Origin: a virus | Taxonomy: Duplodnaviria; Caudoviricetes | Virus record (IMG/VR): IMGVR_UViG_3300038308_000004 | Location: 1 to 61,113 of that record | Reading direction: 5' to 3' (one strand) | DNA: 61,113 nucleotides | Shown here: positions 9,701 to 17,523 of the stretch, one piece after another | Layout of the letters: each line of letters begins with the position of its first letter | Numbering within the stretch: the first letter of the stretch is position 1 | The notes under the pieces: generated by a model | What the model was told of the DNA's origin: nothing | What the model saw: only the letters and a program-made list of their open reading frames with translations | Databases searched by the model: none | Translations under genes and position numbers: made by a program

Positions 9701-12554
9701 CAAGGACGATACCGTAACTAAGGTCGATGCCACCTACAAGTTCTTTTCCGAGACCTTCACGGCAGCGGCAAACTTCTTCAAGGAAGTTTTTGTCGCCGCA
9801 ATCACAGGAGATCTCGACCGCTTGGGCAAGGCCTTCGCCGACTTCGCGTCACGGGTCTTTCGCGCCCTCGAAGACCTGGCGGCCCAGATCGTGGCGAAAA
9901 AGGTACTGGAATGGCTGAAATTGCTCTGGGACTGGATCCGGGGCACAGGCGAGGAGGCCGACAAGACCAAGGAGAAGATGGGGGACTGGATTCCGCTCAT
10001 GGGGGGCCTGGGCACGGCCATCGCGGGGCTCACGGGAGCATGGACGCTGTTCAACTTCCAAGTCGAGCGCGCCAACTTGTTGCTCTCGCAGACACCGTCC
10101 CTGAGTCGGGGTGGAGGGCTTTTCGGTTCGGGCGGCGCTGGGGCAGCAGATCCTGGCTCGGTACTGGGGGTGATCGGGCGGGTCATGAGTTGGCTCGGGG
10201 GACGGATCGGCGGAGGTATGGGAGGGGCCCTGGGGTTGGGAGGTGCCATTGCTGGGGGGGCCTCGGTCTTTGCAGGTCAGGGGGCAATGCTGGCCCGTGC
10301 GTTCGGCGGAAACCCAAGGGTAGGCACCGTTGGCGCTCTCGCTGGGGGTGCAATTGGAGGGATCGTCGCGGGGATAGCTTCGGGACTCTTCGGGGGGGAA
10401 AAAGAGCACACCTCGCGGGAGGAGCGCGTGACGAGTTGGCTGCGGGAGGCCTTGAAGCGCAACACCCTGGAGGATGCCCTGATGCGCTTCGGGGGGGCAC
10501 TCCATATCTCGGGTCCCTCGGGGCGATTCCGGCGGGCACTGGGAAGCGACCCCGAAGGGCTGCCGTTCCGGGACGACTTGCTCCGATTCATCCGCGAGGA
10601 GATCGGCCTGGCCATCGACAACCCGCGTGCCAGGCCGAGGCGAACCGCAGGCCTCGGCGACATCGAGACCCTGACCGGATTCCTGGAGCGCGGCCGGGCC
10701 CTGACTCCCACGGGGCGCGATGCCTACCTGGTGGAGCGGATCGTGGGAACCCTGGAGGCGATCGTGACTCGGTTCCGGGGCCAACTCGAATCGCTCGCGG
10801 ACCTGGAGAGGCTGCTGCCCGGGACGGGGACCGGGGGCGCGTTGCAGGAGTTTTTCAAGAAATTCAGCGGGCTTAAAAAGGCCGAGGCCCAGGCGGATTT
10901 CAATGCGGCCATTACTTCTCTGGATAGCACCCTCGCCGCTTTCGATCGCATCGGGACCCTGCTCAGCGAAGCGGACTTCTTGGCCCTCAGCGCCCGCATC
11001 GGGCAAACAGTCGAGAGCGCGGCGGCCCTGGAGAAGGGGGACATCGATCAGGCGCGTGAGGCCTTCGAGGGACTATCCGCTTATGTGGCGGGGGTCTCCT
11101 CCTTCCTCAATGAGCAGCAAGCCATCATCGACGCCGAGGTCAAAAGCGACTTCGGCCTAACCCTGGACGACCTGCGGCAGAAGTTCGAGGACAACCAAGT
11201 GGTCGCGGACGCCCTGGGCCTGACACACGACAAGCTCAATCGCGCATACGGCATCCAGCTCATGGGCCTCGCGGGGCTCCGGGACATGCAGGAGCAAATC
11301 GCGGAGCGCACCACCCCCGAGATGGTGCTCGCCATGAATGGGCTCTTGGATTGGGGCGAGGGCGTGCGCGAGCGCGTAGATGCCCTCTGGGAGGCCCTCA
11401 ATGCGGGGCTGATATCGGCGTCGGAGTTCAATGCCTTCACAGCGGCCGCGAGCAACATCAAGGACCTCGATCTCGCGGATCTGGAGCGAGAGTTCGTCAC
11501 CCCCTTCTCCGAGTTCCTGGATGACATCGACGCCATGATGGGCGAGCAGGTGGATTGGCTGGCGGAGTACAATGCCAGGCTGGCCGGCATCCGCACCGAG
11601 GAGGGCCTAGCCAAACTGGACGCGGCCGATGCCGCCATCGATGCCATCAACAGCTGGTTCTCGTCACTGGGGGATTTCGCGGGGATCGCTGCTGAAGCCG
11701 CCAACAGGATCTATCAATATGAGGTCTCCACGGTCGAGGGCATCCGGAGCAAGATCCAGGAGCTAACCGGGGCGGCTGTGACCGACAGCGCCAGTGCCAT
11801 CGACGCCCTGACGGCCCTGCTGAATCAGGCGCAGGCCGCGCCACTAGAGGAAAGGGCAGCCCTGCTGGAAAAGCTCAGTGAGGGATTGACCCTCTCCGAG
11901 GACCTAGCCGAGCGACAGATCCGGGCCCAGGAGAATGCCATTGCCAAATGGGCCGATGAGCAGTCCAGGGCCGTATCCCACGCCGAGAACCGCGACGCCC
12001 TGCTGCAGGCGATCACGGCCCAGGAGCAGGCCATGCTTGAGGCCCTACGGCTTCAGGCAGAAGGAGATACGGCGCGGATGATCGAGGTCTGGCGCGGGCT
12101 ACAACAGGCAGCGGAGACCTCGGCGACTGAGGCCGATGCCCGCCTCCACAGCATGATGACTGAGGTTAGGGATGCGATCCTGAGCGAGCGCGATGCCCTG
12201 CTTGCGGAGCTCTCTCTCCTCAACACCAACTTGAATGCGGTGATCAGCGGATACCGGGCGCCGCTTGCTGAGGTCTCCGCGCAGCACGGCCTGGATTACG
12301 TTCCCGCCGACGACTTCCGGGTCCGGGCACATCGGGGAGAGGCCGTGATCACGGCGCGGGGCAATGAGGCCTTGGGGGAGATCCTGGCCGAGCTCCGGCG
12401 GGGAAACGGCGGTGGCAACATCACCGTGGTGATCCAGCCCGCTCCCATCTATCTCGACGGCAAGCAGGTTTCCGAGGCCGTATTCAGGATCCTCAAGGTC
12501 GAGGGCGAAAATGGTCGCTCAATCGTCCCTGATAAGGCTGTTTATAAGCGATGA
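6789..12554 (+). CDS. tail tape measure protein (TP901-like core)
   Basis: 1921 aa, helical and Ala-rich; IEDAMVKVQKT...GQLGI core; C-terminal GLDYVPADDFRVRAHRGEAVI motif. Confidence 0.93.
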   Translation: MTTGNTNKIVLTASLEDRGMGAGLKQLETAIDLLQKQYAALQGILQAVSRAHTQEKTAVDQQRVATEAAKKAAEEETVALKAKIAALKGNIDEETRYTAEIKKREQAELAAKIGDEDLAGKVMQLRGEQEKLTQAHSRQSGALSSLGMGLNAAGIAYVGIGASILAAAKASIEIEDAMVKVQKTSGLTDTEISALTETFRNMSLRIPESTVALARIGEIAGQLGITGKDNIAKFTETIAKLTTVTDLTVDEAATGMARLSNIYKIPIADIERLGSTLNELENQTTATARYLLDFMERVGGKATLLGVTATQAAGLGAVLNELGTESEVAGTAMSQVFGFMLEKVEIFARQTGLTIEEWRQMVETRPIEALNLWLSKLGELDKFERIQALETMKLDGERAAGVVLKLSENTGMLADRIAIADRAYQENVSLQQEFETRIKSTNQQLQLLWNQVTDLGVSLGNFLLPSINAVVSALRLMIDGLRGVGSWIAQTSQSIADYGGMWEWIKSKIAGVTLAYGEQAQELQEHRRIKADIAEYEKKHAGVIHSTAVAIRDATFQIREQSDSLVFLGQKIKSSSSGQNQQTEAQNKATEAAKLRVAQLKLQIAEEKGNAQAIARARAEVERLTAAHLRETTGSKDLAAQQTRLTSQLDALKESKKRARQETEAANTVARLEIEIRQGFGDLYKSEGDKIEALYIRKKQQIDEFASKDKATTKQILGLRQDLETAYREASEAATAAYLQAINDALESANTKYLALESEKLVQILLNTDLESKAKLKQITDLTTATQKAADDIIAIFGKAKEKRIDIGDEELLALIEQLNQHKSNVALNSEAILEALRSAGTEDIRINQKTIAAIAADTDLSVQARIAKIGEYMAAVTANAEAVKKIEDDLATHNVNLATDEWSKKVQAEYDYYDKHALIIQDLKVSEETKARLFEDLARTTNANILKIDEDYAVSHGGVLDKLGAAWTKLKDDTVTKVDATYKFFSETFTAAANFFKEVFVAAITGDLDRLGKAFADFASRVFRALEDLAAQIVAKKVLEWLKLLWDWIRGTGEEADKTKEKMGDWIPLMGGLGTAIAGLTGAWTLFNFQVERANLLLSQTPSLSRGGGLFGSGGAGAADPGSVLGVIGRVMSWLGGRIGGGMGGALGLGGAIAGGASVFAGQGAMLARAFGGNPRVGTVGALAGGAIGGIVAGIASGLFGGEKEHTSREERVTSWLREALKRNTLEDALMRFGGALHISGPSGRFRRALGSDPEGLPFRDDLLRFIREEIGLAIDNPRARPRRTAGLGDIETLTGFLERGRALTPTGRDAYLVERIVGTLEAIVTRFRGQLESLADLERLLPGTGTGGALQEFFKKFSGLKKAEAQADFNAAITSLDSTLAAFDRIGTLLSEADFLALSARIGQTVESAAALEKGDIDQAREAFEGLSAYVAGVSSFLNEQQAIIDAEVKSDFGLTLDDLRQKFEDNQVVADALGLTHDKLNRAYGIQLMGLAGLRDMQEQIAERTTPEMVLAMNGLLDWGEGVRERVDALWEALNAGLISASEFNAFTAAASNIKDLDLADLEREFVTPFSEFLDDIDAMMGEQVDWLAEYNARLAGIRTEEGLAKLDAADAAIDAINSWFSSLGDFAGIAAEAANRIYQYEVSTVEGIRSKIQELTGAAVTDSASAIDALTALLNQAQAAPLEERAALLEKLSEGLTLSEDLAERQIRAQENAIAKWADEQSRAVSHAENRDALLQAITAQEQAMLEALRLQAEGDTARMIEVWRGLQQAAETSATEADARLHSMMTEVRDAILSERDALLAELSLLNTNLNAVISGYRAPLAEVSAQHGLDYVPADDFRVRAHRGEAVITARGNEALGEILAELRRGNGGGNITVVIQPAPIYLDGKQVSEAVFRILKVEGENGRSIVPDKAVYKR

Positions 12555-15346
12555 GTTATCAGTACCTACTGGAGATCGATATCGGATATCATATCAAGCG
12601 CTGGGGCACGACCGGCACGGTGGGGATGTTTTCACACGCATTTACGGAATTTGACCCCGCCAATGTTTACGTGGACGGCACGCAATTGGGGGAGCGCACG
12701 ACCTATGCGGCCTGCGCAGGAACCCAGAGCACCTGGTTTGTAAGCCGGGGCACCACGCTCTATATCCATACCCCGGGCAATGCCGATGCCAACACCAGCA
12801 CCGTCAAGGTCGAAAGCACACAGCACTATTCCCGCGAGGGCGCCGTGATCCCCAAGGCCCTGGGCACCGGGGGCACAGTATTTCCGCTGTTCTACGACGG
12901 TCGCATGGAGACCGTGCCGTCGGTTGCCTACAGTGCCACTCCCAACAGCGTGGGCGGGGGCGTAATCCCCAGCATCGGCCAGATCACGCTGCGGAACAAT
13001 GACGGACATTTTGACAGCTTAATGCCGCAGGCGCTATGGAAGAATCAGCCGGCCCGGCTCTACGTGGGCGAGGAGGGTGGGACGCTGCCTTCGGGCTACA
13101 CGTTGCGCCAGACCTTCAATATCGACGCTCCCACAATCGATGAGATCTCGATGACGATCCCTACAGCGGCGGGGCTCGAGAAGTTGCGAAACACCCTAAA
13201 TGATGGCAGTAGCATCACAATTCTTGCCGGAGAGCAAAGTACCGTCAAGCCGAGCCCCATGGTTTTTGGCCCCTTCGTAGGCGTTCCTGCTTATTTTACG
13301 GGCTCCTCGGGGACAGTGGGAACATACCAGATCTGTAGCCATACCATCGGTACTGTAAACAAAGTCTGGGCCTCGACGGGGACACCGGGGACGTTGCTCA
13401 ATAGTGGCAGCAAATTCAGCGCCCATCCCCTGGCCACCCTGGGGCGTGATGTGGTCTACGTCGAAGGCACAGGCCTTACTAGCGGCGGTGCAGCCTTAAT
13501 GAAAGCCGGGGAAATCATGCAGTATATGCTTGCCAGCCAAGCCAAGATTCCGGCGGCACAGATCGATACTGCAGCTTTTACTAACCTCGATACCAACCGA
13601 TCGGTGCGAATGCAGGCATGGTTCGGCCGAGATGAGACGATCGCGGAGGCCCTGGATTCCATCTCCCGGTCCGTCTTTTCACAGTGGAGCGTAGGCCGAG
13701 ATGGAAAATTCTCGGTCAACTTGATTCAAAACACACTGGGGACAAGCAATACCATCACCAATGGAGATTTTGAAGTAGGGACCCCTATTATAGAGAATAA
13801 TTCTCCGCTGGATAACCTCTCTGGCGCCATATATCCATTGAGAGCAAGCGCGTCTAAAATGCTGCTCTATAATGGAGTTTTGCTGAAAGATTCGACCGCA
13901 GGGATTAGCTTGTATCGGGGAACTACATACGGAACGCTTGATGGGAACTGGGAACAAAAGGCGACAATGACCCTGGTTATTCCATTTGATTCCGTTATCG
14001 GTGACCCGCATGCTTATTGTTTTTACACTGGCAGCCCCGGAAACGACACTGGATATGAGGTCATTCTGGGCACTCAAACAAATCCCATTCTTACTACCAA
14101 CAAAATCGTCAATGGTACAAAAACGTTGTTGGGTACCGGAACTTCTTCCGCTGGAACTACGGCGGGAACGAAAACGCTCACTTTACACGTAAGCGGGAAT
14201 ATCAGCGGGACCCATACGATTATCCCCTACCTTAATGATTCTGGCGCAGGGATTTATACCACCACCGATGAATTGGTTGGATCTGGATACATTGCTGTGG
14301 GGTGGGGATCTTGCGTTTTCGCCCTTGGGGTGAGTAAATTGCAAGAGTGGATCTCCGGGACTGCAGGGACTACAAGCCTAAATGAAGGGTATGGTACATT
14401 GGTATATTCAGACTGGTTTAACATCAATGGAGCGTCTTATGACGGAACAATAGTAAACAATAAAGCTTTTTCGGGAACGGAAGTATTGCGGGTGTCCCGG
14501 GGAACAGATGGCGGATCGGCAGCAATTGCCTATGGTCAAATTGCTGTCAACGCTGGCAGCACTTATTTGCTTACCATGCTTGCTGCCAAGCAGTCAGGGG
14601 ACACCGGGAGCTTCCGGTTGGGATTTAGGGATGGCTCCGGCACGCAATATCTATCCGCTACCTCCTGGGGATTGGGTACATCAAAGTGGCTGCGAACCAA
14701 CTATGTCTTTCAACCCCCAACTGCGGGGGTGTCGCCTTTAGAGCAAGGGACAATTCAGATTTATCCCTCTTACGGCGGGACAACCGCCGGGACATGCTGG
14801 ATCGATTACGTGGAGATGTACCTGATCAAGACCATAAACTCCTGGCAGCTCAAAAATTTCGCCACGCAACTGATCAACCCCATGGCCCATCAAATAAGTG
14901 TTAAATACGCAGGGACGGGGACGGTAACCCGCCTCCCGGCGGAAGTCATGAAGAGTTCTATCAACGCCAACGACAACTACTATACCGCTACCGCCGCCGG
15001 GACCATCCCGGCATATCTCTATCCTGGACTGGAGCGGCGCGTAATCCCCGCGCTCTGCTATGCATACGAAGACGCTACCACCGTCGCCGATGCGGCCCTA
15101 TCTTACTGGAATAAGTCTAGGATCCGATGGGAAGCGGAGTACCAGGATTTCCAGCAAGCCTCGATCAATCTCTGGGACGTACTTTATATCCAGGACGGCC
15201 GCTTCCCTGGCATCCCCGAGCAGCAGCGGCTGCTGATGGTGACCGAGATCGAAGACTCGGCCCAGGGCGGGATCCCCCGGACCCGAATCGGGGGCGAGTT
15301 CGTCTTCGACGCAGCGCAGGATCTGCTGTCAATCACTTACGAATGA
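12551..15346 (+). CDS. tail tip/hub protein with carbohydrate-binding-like domain
   Basis: ATGA overlap with tape measure; NGDFE CBM-like start; Gly/Thr-rich. Confidence 0.75.
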   Translation: MSYQYLLEIDIGYHIKRWGTTGTVGMFSHAFTEFDPANVYVDGTQLGERTTYAACAGTQSTWFVSRGTTLYIHTPGNADANTSTVKVESTQHYSREGAVIPKALGTGGTVFPLFYDGRMETVPSVAYSATPNSVGGGVIPSIGQITLRNNDGHFDSLMPQALWKNQPARLYVGEEGGTLPSGYTLRQTFNIDAPTIDEISMTIPTAAGLEKLRNTLNDGSSITILAGEQSTVKPSPMVFGPFVGVPAYFTGSSGTVGTYQICSHTIGTVNKVWASTGTPGTLLNSGSKFSAHPLATLGRDVVYVEGTGLTSGGAALMKAGEIMQYMLASQAKIPAAQIDTAAFTNLDTNRSVRMQAWFGRDETIAEALDSISRSVFSQWSVGRDGKFSVNLIQNTLGTSNTITNGDFEVGTPIIENNSPLDNLSGAIYPLRASASKMLLYNGVLLKDSTAGISLYRGTTYGTLDGNWEQKATMTLVIPFDSVIGDPHAYCFYTGSPGNDTGYEVILGTQTNPILTTNKIVNGTKTLLGTGTSSAGTTAGTKTLTLHVSGNISGTHTIIPYLNDSGAGIYTTTDELVGSGYIAVGWGSCVFALGVSKLQEWISGTAGTTSLNEGYGTLVYSDWFNINGASYDGTIVNNKAFSGTEVLRVSRGTDGGSAAIAYGQIAVNAGSTYLLTMLAAKQSGDTGSFRLGFRDGSGTQYLSATSWGLGTSKWLRTNYVFQPPTAGVSPLEQGTIQIYPSYGGTTAGTCWIDYVEMYLIKTINSWQLKNFATQLINPMAHQISVKYAGTGTVTRLPAEVMKSSINANDNYYTATAAGTIPAYLYPGLERRVIPALCYAYEDATTVADAALSYWNKSRIRWEAEYQDFQQASINLWDVLYIQDGRFPGIPEQQRLLMVTEIEDSAQGGIPRTRIGGEFVFDAAQDLLSITYE

Positions 15347-15359
15347 GGCCCGAAACCCC

Positions 15360-16148
15360 ATGGCCATCGAAAATCTACGTATTCTCGAAAACAACCTGCT
15401 GACGGGAACCTCGGTCACGGTCACGGCATCCACGGCGGTGGTGACATTACCTGGGACGAACGCCGTGAGTCCCAACCGGCGCAAGGTCTGGCGGGCTACG
15501 GGCTCTTCAAGCGAGACCTTAACCTTCGACTTGGGAGCGGCCTATGACGTCAGCACCGTGGCCCTGATATCGAGCAACCTCGGCACCACGGGCACGGTAT
15601 CGGTTCTGGGCAACACCGCCGACTCCTGGGGTTCCCCGGCCTTCACCAGCAGCGATTTTACACCTTATGATCAAGCCTTCACGGGGACGCTGCTTTTCTA
15701 TTTCCCAGTCAAAAATTATCGGTACTGGAGGATCGTGCTGGAGGACCCCAGCAACTCGGCGGCGGTTGAGGTTGGCGTGGCTTGGTTGGGGACCTGGGCC
15801 AAGATGGAGCGCAATTTCGGTTTCGGCTGGGACCTGGAGCAGATGGACCTGTCCAAGGTGGACTACGCCACCGACGGCACGCCCTACACCGATGAGCTGT
15901 CGAGCTACAAGCTCGTGACTTTAAGCTTCAGCTTCCTGACCGAGGGCTGGGCGCTGGGGACGCTGGCGCGGACGCTGCAGCGGGTGGGGATCAAGCGAGA
16001 CATCATTCTGGCGCTGTTCCCGGAGTCTGATGGCTCCCCGACCTCCGAGCGGGCAACGAACCTCTATGGGAGGTTTCTGCGGTTGCCGATAAAAAATGAA
16101 AGTTATTTGCGGCACGGATTCACAACCACGTTTCGCGAGAGTTTATGA
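15360..16148 (+). CDS. minor tail protein (discoidin/F5-8-like N-terminal part)
   Basis: WRA...LTFDLG...YRYWRI pattern; located in the tail module. Confidence 0.7.
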   Translation: MAIENLRILENNLLTGTSVTVTASTAVVTLPGTNAVSPNRRKVWRATGSSSETLTFDLGAAYDVSTVALISSNLGTTGTVSVLGNTADSWGSPAFTSSDFTPYDQAFTGTLLFYFPVKNYRYWRIVLEDPSNSAAVEVGVAWLGTWAKMERNFGFGWDLEQMDLSKVDYATDGTPYTDELSSYKLVTLSFSFLTEGWALGTLARTLQRVGIKRDIILALFPESDGSPTSERATNLYGRFLRLPIKNESYLRHGFTTTFRESL

Positions 16149-16408
16149 GGAGGGCAGGGATGACCCCGATAGATGATCAGGATCGAGAGCTCGGGAAGAT
16201 TGAGGGGCGCATCAATGGCATGCATGATTCCATTCTGGAGATCAAGCAGATGCTCCTGCGCTGGGAGGATCAGCATAGCCAATGCAAGATCGGCATGGAT
16301 GCACGCATGAGGCGCTGCGAGGAGACCCGCGCTCAAGCCATCGCCGTCGGCGGGGTGGTGGGATTTCTCGCGGGAATATCAAGCTGGATCAAGGATTTAT
16401 TGCGGTGA
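16145..16408 (+). CDS. small coiled-coil plus TM protein (holin/XhlA-like)
   Basis: Coiled-coil N-terminus and a single C-terminal hydrophobic helix. Confidence 0.55.
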   Translation: MRRAGMTPIDDQDRELGKIEGRINGMHDSILEIKQMLLRWEDQHSQCKIGMDARMRRCEETRAQAIAVGGVVGFLAGISSWIKDLLR

Positions 16409-16421
16409 GGAGGTTTAGGAC

Positions 16422-16727
16422 ATGCCACAGGGGACCATCGGCGGCGTGGTGACCGACGAGCTGGGAGCGGGGGCCAATACCACGCTAGATTTTCACACTG
16501 GATGCCTGAGTATCAATGAGAATGGGCAGATAGTGTTGCAGAAAAACAAGCGCGTGACCTATAGCAACGGCACCATGGCCCTTTTGACTTGGCCCACGAA
16601 CTACTTGTTATCCTTCCAGGCCAATCCTCGCTATACCCTGCACGTACTGGCGAGCGGGAAGGACGCCTGGTTGAACGACAAGACCATCAACAATTCTGGC
16701 ACCACGGTCACCGTGGGGAGCCTCTAG
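16422..16727 (+). CDS. hypothetical virion-associated protein
   Basis: GAGGAGG RBS, 101 aa, beta-rich. Confidence 0.6.
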   Translation: MPQGTIGGVVTDELGAGANTTLDFHTGCLSINENGQIVLQKNKRVTYSNGTMALLTWPTNYLLSFQANPRYTLHVLASGKDAWLNDKTINNSGTTVTVGSL

Positions 16728-16737
16728 GGGGGGGGTC

Positions 16738-17511
16738 ATGAGCGAGCGATCCTTCAAAATCTTCCAGATGGAGGAAGGCGATGGCGGCGTCACCCTCGGC
16801 GTGGAGTTCATGCAAAACGACACCACGCTAGCCCGGCACAACTATAGCTTTGGGGGAGATACCACCCCGGAGCAGATTCAGTCGTTCCTGGAGTCTCAAC
16901 TCAACGGCAAGATCGCGGCCCTAGAGCGGGCCCGGAGTCTGGCGGCGCTGCTGAGGCCGGATATCAACAGCATCCATCCCGTGGCGCCCCCAGTGGATAT
17001 TACGTTCTCGCCGTCGCCAGGACCCCAGGATTATCCCGTGGCCGTAACGATCGCGGGCGCGGCGCCGGCAGGCTGCGAGATCCGCTACACCAGCGATGGC
17101 CTTGACCCCGGGGAGCTATCCTCGCCCTACCGCATCCCGATCACGATCTCGGCTCCGACTACGATCAAGGCCGCGGTCTTCACGGTTGAGGGCGCTCGCG
17201 GGGCCATATATGTTGCCACGTATCTGGCCACGCAAGCCCCGGTGGCCCCAGCCCCAGTGCCGCTCACGAAGTCAGCTGTCCTGGCGCTTCTGCCCCAGGC
17301 CGACATCTCCGCCGCTATGGCCAACGAGGGTGCGTGGCGGGTCTTCCAGGCCTTCTTGATCATGGGGTCAGAGACGATCGCAGACAACCAGGCTGGGATC
17401 TCCAAGGTCAAGGCCTTCTGCGATCAATTTTTGGCAGGGGCGATCCTCAGCCAGGGCAGTTACGACGCCATCCGCGCCCAGGCTCAGTTCTTGGGGTGGA
17501 ACTGGGCATAA
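16738..17511 (+). CDS. protein with Fn3-associated/chitobiase C-terminal-like domain
   Basis: FSPSPG...IRYTSDGLDP...YRIPITISAPTTIKAAVF signature. Confidence 0.7.
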   Translation: MSERSFKIFQMEEGDGGVTLGVEFMQNDTTLARHNYSFGGDTTPEQIQSFLESQLNGKIAALERARSLAALLRPDINSIHPVAPPVDITFSPSPGPQDYPVAVTIAGAAPAGCEIRYTSDGLDPGELSSPYRIPITISAPTTIKAAVFTVEGARGAIYVATYLATQAPVAPAPVPLTKSAVLALLPQADISAAMANEGAWRVFQAFLIMGSETIADNQAGISKVKAFCDQFLAGAILSQGSYDAIRAQAQFLGWNWA

Positions 17512-17523
17512 GGAGGTCTCCTA

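Noticed and set aside
6890-12332. Many long antisense and alternate-frame ORFs over the tape measure and other GC-rich genes (e.g. 9849..11006, 32654..33868, 45766..47157, 56377..57525)
   Set aside because: Shadow ORFs expected at high GC; no domain motifs, unlike the nested ORF in the intein
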